Assembly: GCA_951406725.2 (NCBI GenBank)
Contig: OX597826.1
Coordinates: forward strand, 20,770,001 to 20,834,000
Length of the DNA: 64,000 nucleotides
Direction of reading: 5' to 3'
DNA from: Octopus vulgaris
Lineage: Eukaryota
Below are positions 28,162 through 40,850 of the stretch, one piece after another (position 1 is the stretch's first letter; each line of letters begins with the position of its first letter). Position numbers and translations under genes: made by a program. The notes beneath the pieces were generated by a model, which ran no database searches, was not told where the DNA came from, and saw only the letters and a program-made list of their open reading frames with translations.

Positions 28162-28207
28162 GAATTGATAAAAGGTGGGTTTTATTCTAATATTTTATAT
28201 ATATAGA

Positions 28208-28684
28208 GAGAGAACCTTGAAACTCTACTCTCTCCAGCGTCGCCGTGAGCGGTACATCATTTGTACGATGTGGAGAATATACCGCCAACTTTGCCCAAAC
28301 GACCTAAACATTACCTTCAAGGTTCATCCAAGACTGGAACCACGGACCATACGTCCCCTGCCCAATTCAAGATCACAGCATACATGTACACTGCAACATA
28401 ATTTCTTTTCCTCAACAGGCCCTGCCCTATTTAACATTGTCCCGAAAGAGATCAAAGAGGAAAAGGATCCCATCAACTTTAAACGGAGTCTGGATAGATT
28501 CCTTCAAGGAATACCAGATAAGCCACCTATAATTGGATACAACTCACCCAACAAAAATTCACTACTTGAATGGACCATAAACAAAACTTGACTTAAACAG
28601 GATTTAGATAATCCTATCAGGTGGTGCTATTAAGTTAGACATGGATGAACCAATCTTTGGTCGAAACATATATAAGTTTATCTA

Positions 28685-28690
<6 letters not shown>
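28208..28690 (+). mobile_element. 5'-truncated CR1-like LINE 3' end with open ORF2 C-terminus
   Basis: LKLYSLQRRRERY...FSSTGPALFNIVPKEIKEEKDPINFKRSLDRFLQGIPDKP...NSLLEW (stop 28591) is a typical CR1-clade C-terminus. 3'UTR stem-loop and taagttta repeat tail. Confidence 0.8.
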
Positions 28691-28748
<58 letters not shown>

Positions 28749-28749
<1 letters not shown>

Positions 28750-30019
28750 AGGGGTTTGACAAAATAATGGAAACACTTTAAAATTTCAAATAAATTTATT
28801 TTAATACAGGATAGAACCGCCTTTGGCAATAATTACAGCTTGAATTCTACGCAGTATGAACTCGAACAAAGTTTGAATTGTTTCCAAAGGAATTTTTGTC
28901 CATTCTTCAGCTAAAAGTCTCTAGTTCTTGTAGTGATTATGGTGTAGGATACCAACTCATTGTTTTTCTAAAATGCACCTATATATGTTCAATAATATTG
29001 AGATCTGGGGGCTGTGGTAGCCAGATAAAATATTCAACTTCTCTAGAATGTTCCTCGTGCCATTCAGTAACAACTTTAGCTGTGTGAATTAATGCATTTT
29101 CATCCTGAAAGACTGTGTTTCCCTCCAGAAACAGTTCCACAACCATAAGATGAATTTGATCAGATAAGATGCTTAAATAGTCTTGACTATTAATTCTGCC
29201 ATGAAGGGAAACCGTTGGGCCGGCGGATTTCCAAGATATAGCCCTCCAGATCATCACAGATCCACGTCCATGTTTAACAGTTAGAAGAAGGCAATTTGGG
29301 TCAAATGCTTCTTCTGGCTGTCTCCACGCGTATACTCGGCCAGCGGTCGGAAATAAGGTAAAGGATGACTCGCCCGAGAAAATAACATTCTTCCACTGCT
29401 CTAGGGATCAATTATGTAGGTTTTTACTCCACTCTAAACGTTTTGCAACGTTTGGTGTTGAAAGTTGTGGTTTTCCAATTGCACCCCCCCACCTCCGTGA
29501 AATCCGGCTTTGGGCAGCTCCCGACGAACAGTTTTTGCGGAAACTGGGTTCTCGAGGTGGTCATTAAGCTCTGCAGTAATTTTGGGAGCTGGACTTTTGT
29601 GATCCTTTCTAACAATTCGCGTAAGAGTCCAATGGTCCCTATCTGAAAGTTTTGGTTTTCTTCCGGAGTTTCGTTTCGACGAGGAGGTTTTTCCCTGTTT
29701 CTCAAAGGCTGTCATTACTTTCGAGAGAGTACTTCTTGATACACCAAACATTTCGGCTGTTTTCGTTACGCTCGCTCCTGCCATACAAGCCCCAACAATT
29801 TGACCTCTTTGAAAGTCTGATAGATTTGTCATTTTAATGAATTTTAATTACCTTTTTTTGATGATATCTGAAAAGAAACAGCAATTTCAGCAAAACATAT
29901 TAAGCAACACTAATAATAAATCAAAAAACATAAAAATAAACAAGCTTTTGAGAGTTTTATAGATATTTCAAAATTAGGATGCTATGATGCTAGGTGTTTC
30001 CATTATTTTGTCCAACCCC

Positions 30020-30022
<3 letters not shown>
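28749..30022 (-). mobile_element. Full-length Tc1/mariner DNA transposon (~1.27 kb)
   Basis: ~28-bp TIRs CAGGGGTTTGACAAAATAATGGAAACAC (28749-28776) and 29994-30022, flanked by TA, enclosing a transposase. Confidence 0.95.
28801..29832 (-). pseudogene. Disrupted Tc1-like transposase with DD36E-type spacing
   Basis: MTNLSDFQRGQIVG...GRKPKLS (paired-like HTH), WKNVIFSGES (first D changed to G), KHGRGSVMIW, FQDENA, PDLNIIE, and AKGGSILY* at 28801. Frameshift near 29480 plus stop codons. Confidence 0.9.
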
Positions 30023-30096
<74 letters not shown>

Positions 30097-30155
30097 TTTC
30101 GCTTGGACATTGCCAGACTAATAACCTGGAGTAGAACTCTCTCTCTACCTCCTTC

Positions 30156-30207
<52 letters not shown>

Positions 30208-30301
30208 TATATATATGTATGTGTGTGTGTGTGTGTGTGTGTGCTTCAAGATAAACCGTTGGTCGAGTGTAGAACGGTAATAAGAAAAAAAGAAGATGCA
30301 G

Positions 30302-30417
30302 TGGACTCATAGCTGAGTGCTTGAATAACACCTTAATGCTTCATCAGAGCCTCTATTCAGATTCGAGGTTCCAATAAAGTTGTAAGGTATTACTCAGGCA
30401 CTCAACTATTGAGTCCA
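30302..30417 (-). other. ~34-bp-arm imperfect inverted repeat enclosing a CTGATGA hammerhead core
   Basis: Arms 30302-30335 and 30383-30417 (4 mismatches, 1 gap). The loop carries minus-strand ggctCTGATGAagc. Confidence 0.5.
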
Positions 30418-30547
30418 TCATTGGAGCAGAAACAACCGTAAGCTAATGAAGTTGAAAAGATGTTCGTTTTTTCCTTTGTCATCTGATTTTCTTGTGTGTG
30501 TGTGTGCACATATATATGTATGTGTATGTAAAATCTCGTTTTTTTCA

Positions 30548-30738
30548 CTCATTTTTACTTGTTTTAGTCATTAGACTGCGGCCATGCTGGGGCACCACCT
30601 TGAAGAATTTTTAGCCAAATGAATTGCCCCTTCACCTATTGTTATATTAAGTCTAGCACTTATTCCATCGGTCTCTTTTGTGGAAACACCTAAATTACGG
30701 GAACGTAAACACACTAACACCGGTTGACAAGCGGGGCT
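30548..30738 (-). mobile_element. SINE family B, 3' half
   Basis: Reverse complement of the 3' parts of 33436-33800 and 45225-45750. Confidence 0.75.
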
Positions 30739-30758
30739 GCATGAACATACGCGCGCGC

Positions 30759-30793
<35 letters not shown>

Positions 30794-30883
30794 ATTTGAC
30801 CGACCACTTCATAGCAACGGTGTGAAGGAAAACATCTCGGTTAAACCATCATCCTTTTAATCTTAGCCTTGCAGATTTCAATC

Positions 30884-31375
30884 GTATGTATGTATGTATG
30901 TTTGTATGCATGTATGTATGTATGTATGTTTGTATGTATGTATGTATGTATGTATGTATGTATGTATGTATGTATGTATGTATGTATGTATGTTTGTATG
31001 CATGTATGTATGTATGTATGTTTGTATGTATGTATGTATGTATGAAAGCATGTATGTATGTATGTATACATATATGTATGTTTGTATGTATATATGTATG
31101 AAAGCATGTATGTGCGTATGTATACATGTATGCATGTATGTATGTTTGTATGTATATATGAAGCATGTATGTATTTATGTATGCATGTATGTTTGCATGC
31201 TTGTATGTCTGTATGTTTGTATTTATGTATGTATGTATGTATGTATGTATGTATGTATGTATGTATGTATGTATGTATGCATGTATGTTTGTATGTATGC
31301 ATGTATGTATGCATGTATGTATGCATGTATGTTGTATGTATGTATGTATGTATGTATGTATGTACGTATGTATGT
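30884..31375. repeat. Degenerate (TATG)n tract
   Basis: Directly visible. Confidence 0.95.
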
Positions 31376-31480
31376 AGTGTGTTTATCTTTATATAAAGAT
31401 TAAAGAAGCCGTTCGTCACATATGTACGTAGTAGAGTTCGATATATTATTTATATACGGATCATTCAGCACGTGTACGAA

Positions 31481-31545
31481 GTCCCTGATGAGCAAACGAT
31501 AGAAACGCAGCCATTAGTTTTAAAGCCTTTGCATAAACGTTGGAC
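31481..31545 (+). ncRNA. Degenerate type-I hammerhead motif with extended stem II
   Basis: GTCC-CTGATGA-GCAAA-(31 nt)-TTTGC-a-tAAACGTT-GGAC; stems I and II pair, one core substitution (G to T in GAAA). Confidence 0.45.
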
Positions 31546-33012
31546 GTTTGGTGTGCGCGCGCATTTCCTTGCAACAAAAAGTTTAGACGTGAAAAAGAAC
31601 TCAATACCAGTTACTGAGTATTACACACGCGCACGCACACACACACACATGATATTACAGATGAAAGCCATCACGGCATGTTCTGATTTATTGGTATTTA
31701 AATTTGAAATTTCCAATCTTTATTAATTAACCACTAATGATGAAACAAGGATTGTAAGCTATTAATGTGTGTGTGGGGGGAGCATGTGTATATATATATA
31801 TATATATACACACATACATTCATATATACATACATAAATATACATATGTGCATATGCTTGTGTATGTATGTATGTATGTATGTATGTATGTATGTATGTA
31901 TGTATGTATGTATGTATGTGTGTGCGTATGTATGTATGTATGTATGTATGTATGTATGTATGAATGAATGTATGTATATATATATGAATGAATGTATGTA
32001 TATATGAATGTATCTATATATGAATGTATGTATATATGAATGTATGTATATATGAATGTATGTATATATGGTGGTTCCAATGTCGTGGTGCTGTCTGAGC
32101 GCGGAGTGGATGTCGCCACAATCTGTAATGTCCGCTTTGTCCGTTAATGTCGCCGTCAGCGTCGTCACCACTGTAACTATAGCTGAGGCTTTGACAGTAG
32201 AAGTGATTTAACTAACGACGTCGTTCACCTAAAACAAACATCAGATGAAGCTAAGAGAGAGAGAGAGAGTGGCAATATAAAAACTAGGACAGATTTTTAA
32301 ACAAAAAGGATGCAAAGTGTATCTGTGGTGGTTGGCGAGTGGAGCGGGGGTACATTTTAAATCTTTGTTTTGTTTCCATTTCATTTTAAATCAGTTTTTT
32401 TGCATTCATATTTTGTATACATTTTGTATAATTTTTTTATCTTCATCAAACTGAAAAGATTTTGGAGATAAATATTAGTTATTGGCCGCAGTTCTTGGGG
32501 AAAAAATTAATTGAAGAAATAAAAAATCTTAACTTTCCACTTTCTGAACAAAATGTTCCTTTTATTACCCTAAATAGCCATCACATCCTAGCTTGATCTT
32601 CATCGAAGAGATTGTATTTATTATTTTTTATATAAATCATCACATTTACAAATATATATATATATATATATATATACATACACGCTCACATACGCACGCA
32701 CAAATACATACACTTTTATATCCACGATGAAAATCTAAAATAATTCCATATTATATAGTATTTGGTTTCTTGGTGTTCCACTGAATCTGTATTAAAACAA
32801 ATTGTGATTGAAAAATGTTGATAAATTAACGTTTTTAGGCCAGACTTGGCTATTAGAAAAATAAAATGGAAAACTTCGAATTACAAACAAGTTTTATGCG
32901 TTGTGTGTGTGCGTGAGGATGGGTAGGGGGTTCTTTGTTCGGTTTTTAAAATAATATTGTTTCCTGTAGTTGTAGTAGAATTAATACAAAACTAAACCCA
33001 ATAATGATTATT

Positions 33013-33327
33013 ATTTCAAATTTTGGCACAAGGCCTGTAATTTTGAAGGGAGTGGGAAAAGTTGATTATATCGCCCCCAGCAGCCAGCTCGTCGAATAAT
33101 GATGATGATAATAATAATCCTTTCTACTAAAAGCACAAGGCCTGAAATTTTGGGGTGGAGGCTAGTCGATTATATCAACCCCAGTGTTTAGCTGGTACTC
33201 ATTTTTATCGACCCCGAAAGGATTAAAAGCAAAGTCGAGATCTGTGTAATTTGACCTCAGAAGGTAAAAACGAACAAAATGCCGCTAAAAATTCTATCCG
33301 GCGTGCTAACGGTTCTGCCACTTCGCT
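33013..33327 (-). mobile_element. SINE family A: partial copy (33013-33092) plus full copy (33117-33327)
   Basis: Matches family A; both have ggcacaaggcc-type 3' tails. Confidence 0.8.
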
Positions 33328-33435
33328 AATTAACTAATCACTTCCAATATTTTATTAATGACAAAGAAACACTGCACCAACTTTTTCCTTAAATCTTCCC
33401 CCATTGAAACTTGAGGTGTTTTTAGAAAATCTGAG

Positions 33436-33588
33436 AGGCGTGAGCATGGCCGTGCGGTAAGAAGATTGCTTTCCAACCACATTGTTCTGGGTTCAGTTCC
33501 ACTGCGTGACACCTTGAGCAAGTGCCTTCTACCATAGCCTCGGGCCAACCAAAGCCTTGTGAGTGGATTTGGTAGATGGAAACTGAAA

Positions 33589-33654
<66 letters not shown>

Positions 33655-33800
33655 TGTGTGAGTGTCCCACCATCGTTTGACAACCGGTTTTGGTTTGTTT
33701 ACGTCCCCGTAACCTAGCGGTTCGGAAAAAGAGACTGATGGAATAAGTAACAGAGGCATGGCCGCAGTCAAATGACTGAGACAGGTAAAAGACAAGATAA
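33436..33800 (+). mobile_element. tRNA-derived CORE-like SINE family B with internal (TA)n
   Basis: A box TGGCCGTGCGG, B-box-like GGGTTCAGTTCC, CORE-like gtgacaccttgagcaagtg; colinear with 45225-45750. Confidence 0.85.
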
Positions 33801-36240
33801 ACTAGAAAAGGTTTCCAGTTGATCGCAAGGGTGGGATGCCTTTTAATGGAATGTCTCTAAATATTCGAAAGCCCAAAATGCTGCCAGGGTAGGGAAAATG
33901 GTTATTTTGCCATATATTGGCATAAAGCCACATCGCTTTGGAGGATTTGGAGGGGATGATGTAGTCAATTATATCAATATAAATATTTTCGATATTTCAT
34001 CGATAGACTATAAAGTCAATTCCTAGCGGATTAGTGAGAGAATAGTAATCTATCCGATTTTCCAGCCGCAACAGTTATCTAGATATGATGATATTTCTTA
34101 GATACATTCTTAGAGACAAACATATGAGACACAGAATAACATGTTGTATGTTGAACACACAATAGATGTCGCTTCATTGTGATTGCTGTTATTGAATTTT
34201 TACGCAGAATCCGACATCGCTGCTCCTTGTACAGATTGTCCTTCAGACTATAACTGAAGGTCAGCGTGAAACACGAGTCGGGAAATAACGAAATTTAGTT
34301 GCAATGAAAAGCTTTAATCTGATTATAAAGATTCCCGTTTTATAAGAAAAAATATATACAATAATTTGTGGCTTTGTTTAACACCTTCACTTGACCCCAC
34401 TTTGTAACTCTGATGGAGTTCGTTTTTCGGAAGCATTCAAGCCAACTTTCTGTTGCAAGTAAACCTCTTTCCTTCTCTTTAAAAGTAAAACAAAATAGAT
34501 TCTGTCAGTGGATGGTTGTGACTTCATGTTATAGGGAAGAAAATTTTTTATTTGGGTCCAAAGCATAAAAGCCAACGTAATGCTTCCTAAGCTGACATTT
34601 GTTTAAAATATTTTCATCTCAACCAAACAAATATTTCACCTTCATCTCACTTAACATCTATCTTTTAATCTTCAATTAACCGATAATAAATGCTTCATCG
34701 GCCTCAGTATTTCCTTCTATCTTCGGAGAGAGATAATCTCCGCTAATTATATGAAATTGTTTTCAATAAATTAACCACCTACTTTGATAGATTACCATAG
34801 AAACCAGACAATGATCTTAAGTTAACCAGAAACCAGCTAGAAAAACAAAGCCAAACAGGAAACCTCAGCTTAATCACTTCACTTGTTAGAAAGAGCAGCC
34901 GTATTTCCCTCCACCTATTTCCTACTGCCAATATAGCAGTATATATTTCTATTTAAAAGACGGGATGATCATGGCTGGGGTGTCTAGATATCTGTGTAAA
35001 GACATCTGACCACAACAACGACAAATGTTGTATGAGGAAATAGCTTTAAGTCACCTGCTGATTGTTTTGCTCTCTGCACTAAATATGCTGCCATTTAACT
35101 ATTGCATTTCATAACGATGGTGTCCCTGAGTCATTTTCCACTTTTATTATATTAACAGCTGTTTATTATTTTACATCAATATAGTGCATGACTATTACTA
35201 GATCCGCTGAGGAAAGCTAATAGGTAGAAACATGTTCACAGTTGTCTCTATGTTTGCCAAATATATTGATGTATTCAATATCAACAGAACGAATTGATGT
35301 ACGAGGTATGTGATTAATCAACATATTCTTATAATTAACACGAGGGACAGCTGTATCAATTTATTAACATATTGTTTTCAGAGATCGATAAAAAAGTTAC
35401 ATATTATTTCGGTGAGTGGAGGGCTTAGCTTGACCTCCCCAGTATATAGTTGGTACTTTCATTTTATCGACCCTGAAAGGCTTAAAGGCAGTGATGACCT
35501 CGACAGTATTTGGCCTGAGAATGTATTAATAAAATTCGATGTTGTTCCATGTGGAACCGGAGTGTAATCAATAATCAATTTAATTACCCCCACCCCACCC
35601 TTATATGTTTGATACTTTCATTCATCGATCCCTGGAAGCATAAAAAGCATTGACGGATTTAGTGAGAGTCGAGCCCAGGACACAGCGAGGAGGAACTCCA
35701 CAAAGATGGTTAGCCAGTTTATCCAAGTTCCTACCAATCAATTCCAACCAAACAGACCACGATTACAATAAGTTTTAGTTATTTATTATGGCTTCATTAT
35801 CGATGGCACTAATTATATTTCTAAGTTTATGGATAAGGACTGGTATTTTCTTGAAGAGAGAAGATAGGATGTTGTGAGGCTCATGCTTTACCATGGGTCC
35901 GCAAATATGGTTAGAATTAGTAATCAATAGCGTCTGATCAGGTGAAAGTAAAGTCAATACCTGTTAATTAATGGTGGGGGCGGGGAGAGAAAATTATTTC
36001 GATTGAAGTAATTGTGGGGATAGGTGTAGGATTTAGAATCTGACAGCGAGAGAAGGAAAGAAAGAGTAAGAGAGGAAAGTGAGAGAGGGGGAGAGACATG
36101 AAAGTGAGAGAGGGGGAGGGACATGAAAGAGAGAGAGAGAGGGGGTGAGTGGGGAGAGACTGTGAGGGAGAGTGGGAGGGAGAGGAGAGGGAAATTTGTG
36201 TATCTGTATGTGTGTGAAGAAAGAGAGAGAACATGTATAA

Positions 36241-36385
<145 letters not shown>

Positions 36386-37364
36386 GGGTATATATTTCAA
36401 GTGGAATGTGAATATGTATGCGGACAGTTTGTGTGGACAATTAAATACACTTCAGCATGGATCCAGTGACACACAAACAACAAATGGGGATTTGTAGAAT
36501 CGAAACTAAAAGTAAACAACTTAAAAAATAGAGAAATGGCAACAGCACACACACTGCCTTTGTCTCTCTCTCTCTCTAAACGGAAACTGAGTGTTCATCT
36601 GTGGAGGAGGGGAAGAAATGTCGTCCAATATTTCTGTTGTCATGCATCACGGTGTCTGTCTGCTTCCATAAACAAGAGTTGTTGTTGTTGTTGGTTTTGT
36701 TGTTTGCTCTAATGAAAGGCTGTGACAAGACAAAAATCATATTTCTACCATTTAAAAGAACAGGAAAATGCAGCTTCAAACCTTTTACTAACTTCTACAA
36801 TGTCTCCCTCTCGCCCTCTCCTTCTCTCTCTCTCTCTCTCTCTCTCTCCATTGTCCAGTGTGCAGCCCCATGTACCCTTCCTTTTTGTTTTCATCATGGT
36901 AGGGCTGATATGATAGACATTTAGTTGCTACTTTTAGCAGTTAGAGCGTCTCCATAGAGGTTCTCTCATAGTTTATTGTCTTGTGGTGAAGAGTAAATGT
37001 CTTAGAACGAAGATCTTAGGTCAGACAATTTAGTTTCTATTGTTGGGTATGATAACGTTCTTAATGCGGAAACGCATGAGTGTCACATAATCGCATTTCT
37101 TCTGCCCCATGAATCTCACGACCTGTCTCTATGTTACAAGTAAACAGCAAGGGTCCCACATATGAGTTTTCTAGAAATTCAGGGGTTGGCTGTGTATTTG
37201 GACTTTCGATTCTCGCTTCAGCGCACTAATAGCTGCCTCGTTCTTTATTCCTTCGACAAAGTGGAAGTTGTAAAATCATGCCATGACCATTCGAAATCAT
37301 GAACGTGGCAACACCATATTTGTTGCTATAAACATGAAGATTCGTTCCTCAAAAACTGGCAACT

Positions 37365-37505
37365 AAACGATTCTCTGGATCGATATATTCTGCGGATCAA
37401 AGGAAACTCCATTGACCGAATGATCTTGTGGATGAAAATATTCTTTAGATCAAACGATTCTGTGGAACAAAACGTTCTGAGTATCCCAAGATTTTGTCGA
37501 TCCGA
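37365..37505. repeat. Degenerate ~17-bp tandem repeat (AAACGATTCTGTGGATC)
   Basis: About 8 decayed units visible. Confidence 0.55.
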
Positions 37506-38037
37506 AACAATGGTCAGTTCTCACACACACACACCGGAAGTGCTGCCACTTGGCCAGTAACATCAGTGTTTGTAGAATGGATCCCTCCTCAACAACTGGT
37601 TGTTGTTAGAATCGCAGAGAAGTGGAGACCTAACTGTAAGGAATTACGGACAAATATTTCTTCATAGCTTAATCTATCGATCTTTCTCTGGGAACTGGTA
37701 CCGATTCCCACTTGTAACCATTTCTCTGCACTAATGTTCCCACTGCTTCTCATAAAAACACAAAACCTATTATACAGCTTTTGTAAGCAAAAAATCAATA
37801 ATTGATTGTTTATTGATACAACTATTGGAATTGAAAACAGCCTACAGAAACTGGATCGTTAATGTCTTGTGGTATTTATTCCAGTTTTTTTTCTTTTTTG
37901 CGTTTTGAGTTCAAATAATACCGAGGTCAGCTTTATCTTTCATCATTCTTGGGTCAATAAAATGAAATAACAGTCTAGTCCCAACAGCTCTTTCTCTCTC
38001 TCTCCTCTGTCTCTCCCATCCCTCTCACCCTCTCTTT

Positions 38038-38092
<55 letters not shown>

Positions 38093-38604
38093 TCTTTCTC
38101 TCTCTCTCCCTCCTTTTCCCTCTCTCTCCCTCTCTTTCTCTTTCTCTCTCTCTCTCTCCCTCTCTCTCTCTCAGAGTCGGCTGATCTCCCTCCAAGACAG
38201 AAATCTAATTCTAGAAATACGTTCTCTTGCAGCTGATTCCCAGTTAATCCCCGAATCCCGTCCCAGTAACCCACAACTCATCTCTACAAAGAAGTTTCGT
38301 TAAATAAACAGTAACCTCATAAAATATTATTAAACTTATTATGTAATTGTTAATGTTTTTTTTTTCTTCATTAATAAACAATTATATCATTTTCCTTTTT
38401 TTTTACTAATGACAATAAAATAAATTCTCTCATAAAAAAAGACGATTCTATGGAGAGCATTCTATCATAATGAGTACCATGTAAAGCGCATTGTGTCATA
38501 GAGAGGACTATAACACAAGGACCAATTTACACACACCGTATAGATACCATTCTACTATAAACAGGACTAGCATATATGGTTCCAAATAGTGACCAAATTA
38601 TTGT

Positions 38605-39288
38605 ATATTCTTTCTACTGTAGGTTCCAGGCCCGACATTTGGAAGAAAGAGGCTAGTCGATTACATCGACTCCAGTGTGCAGCTGGTACTTTTTTTATGA
38701 GCCCTGAAAGAATTAAAAGTAAAGTGGACTTCGGTGGTGTTTGAATTCAGAACGTAAAAAAAAAAAAAAAAAAAAAAGGAAGAAATACCGTTAATATTTG
38801 GTCCAGTGTAAAGGCGGCGAGCTGGCAGAAACGTTAGCACACTGGGTGAAATGCTTAGCGGTATTTCGTCTGCCGCTACGTTCTGAGTTCAAATTCCGCC
38901 GAGGTCGACTTTTCCTTTCATCCTTTCGGGGTCGATAAATTAAGTACCAGTTACGCACTGGGGTCGATGTAATCGACTTTATCCCTTTGTCTGTCCCTGT
39001 TTGTCCCTTCTATGTTTAGCCCCTTGTGGGCAATAAAGAAATAAGAAACGTTAGTATGCCAGACGAAATACTTAGCGGTATTTCGTCTGTCTTTACGTTC
39101 TGAGTTCAAATTCCGCCGAAGTCGACTTTGCCTTCCATCCCTTTCGGGGTCGATAAATTAAGTACCAGTTGCGTGCTGGGGGTCGATTTATTCGACTGGT
39201 CCTCTTCCCAAAAATTTCACGCCTTGTGCCTAGAGTAGAAAAGAATATTTGATCCAGTGTGCTCATAATTCCGCTAGACCGCCGCTTT
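38605..39288 (-). mobile_element. Older family A SINE interrupted by a younger insertion
   Basis: 38605-38809 continues colinearly at 39261-39288 after the insert. Confidence 0.75.
38810..39243 (+). mobile_element. Young dimeric family A SINE with 17-bp TSD
   Basis: Monomer 1 (38811-39044): A box AGCTGGCAGAA, B box GAGTTCAAATTCC, tail ccccttgtgggcaataaagaaat. Monomer 2 (39045-39243) has a different tail. TSD aatatttgRtccagtgt at 38793-38809 and 39244-39260. Confidence 0.9.
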
Positions 39289-39307
39289 AGACTATTTTAT
39301 AGTATAT

Positions 39308-39776
39308 ATATTTCTTTACTACCCACAAGGGGCTAAACACAGAGGGGACAAACAAGGAATCACAAACGGATTAAGTCGATTATATCGACCCCAGTGCGTA
39401 ACTGGTACTTAATTTATCGACCCCGAAAGGATGAAAGGCAAAGTCCACCTCGGCGGAATTTGAACTCAGAAGGTAACGGCAGACGAAATGCGCCTACGCT
39501 TTTCGCCCGACGTGCTAACGTTTCTTCCTGAGTCCCATACAGTACACCAAATAAAGATATACATTTCTTTATTGCCCACAAGGGGCTAAACATAGAGGGG
39601 ACAAACAAGGACATCGACCCCAGTGCGAAACTGGTACTTTATTTATCGACCCCGAAAGGATGAAAGGCAAAGTCCACCTCGGCGGAATTTGAACTCAGAA
39701 CGTAACGGCTACGCATTTCGCCCGGCGTGCTAACGTTTCTTCCTGAGTCCCATACAGTACACCAAATAAAGATATA
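39308..39776 (-). mobile_element. Two tandem family A SINEs, each with the same 36-bp flank
   Basis: Copies ~39308-39525 and ~39563-39740; identical tcctgagtcccatacagtacaccaaataaagatata at 39526-39561 and 39741-39776. Confidence 0.9.
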
Positions 39777-40800
39777 GTGTACCAAATACTAACCTATCAT
39801 TTAGCGATCACACAGAAGCCATTCTATCACAGAGAGAGGTAAAGTTGTAAATATTTGAAACATGCACGACTTTACTCTGAATAACGAATGACATAAACGG
39901 CAAATTAGCAACAGTGAACATGTTCACTAGTTTATTGTTGTGGCTGTTGTTGTTGGACCCTAGGTCAACGTTGACCCAGCAATAGTGACTTGCAGCTTAA
40001 ATTATCCACTGATATCCCTTGTATATGTGCGTATTTGAAGGCAATAAGACGTAATCTGAGGAAAACTACTATTATTTCTAGCGAGTCAAGCGACTATGTA
40101 GAGGCCTCCCTACCTGGCTGGTGTTAAACTGGTTATTGGGACGGAGGATGTTTAATTTTCTGACATCCTTCACTCCCGTCCCCTCTAATCATTGACAAGT
40201 GCATCAAATCCCGTCCGACATATTACTTGTCAGTTACGGCGCCAACAAGACGGCAGCAAATGGAAGGGCGGCCATAGTGTTAAACACACCACCGCTGCCA
40301 CCACTCTGCTGCACCCCCAAACCTGCTAAATTCCATTAGCACCCCTTCTTTACTCTCCCTAATAATAACAACGGTTGCCTAGTTCTCTATTTGTTTTAAT
40401 GCCCTCTATATAATGCATGTTTTCCATCCAGGTAAGCTCATAGCTAACTGTCCGCCATGATGGTTGATGAATATAACATTTGGGTCGGATCTGTTGGGAA
40501 TTTCAAGTTTAAAAATCGAGACCCAAACCATAGGAGAGAACATACCCATCACCCTTTGCTTTAGCTTTGGTTGCATCGAGATGTGTGTCCGCCGGTCTGT
40601 GTGTGTGTGTGTGTGCGTGTGGTGTCTGTCTATACACACACACATACACACATACATATATATATATGTAGATTTATATGTATGTATATGTGTGTGTGTG
40701 TCTGAATATAAATACATTTATATATATATATAGAGAGAGATATGAATACATAAATTTATGTATACATAAATTTATGCATGTATATGTATACATAAATTTA

Positions 40801-40850
<50 letters not shown>

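Noticed and set aside
28637-28672. gGATGA-ACCAA(tct)TTGGT-cGAAAC resembles a hammerhead
   Set aside because: The core lacks CU, there is no stem I, and it lies where the CR1 3'UTR recognition stem-loop is expected.
37049-37082. atgataa-cgtt...tgcg-GAAACGCAT hammerhead-like trace
   Set aside because: Two core mismatches and a weak stem; not distinguishable from background by eye.
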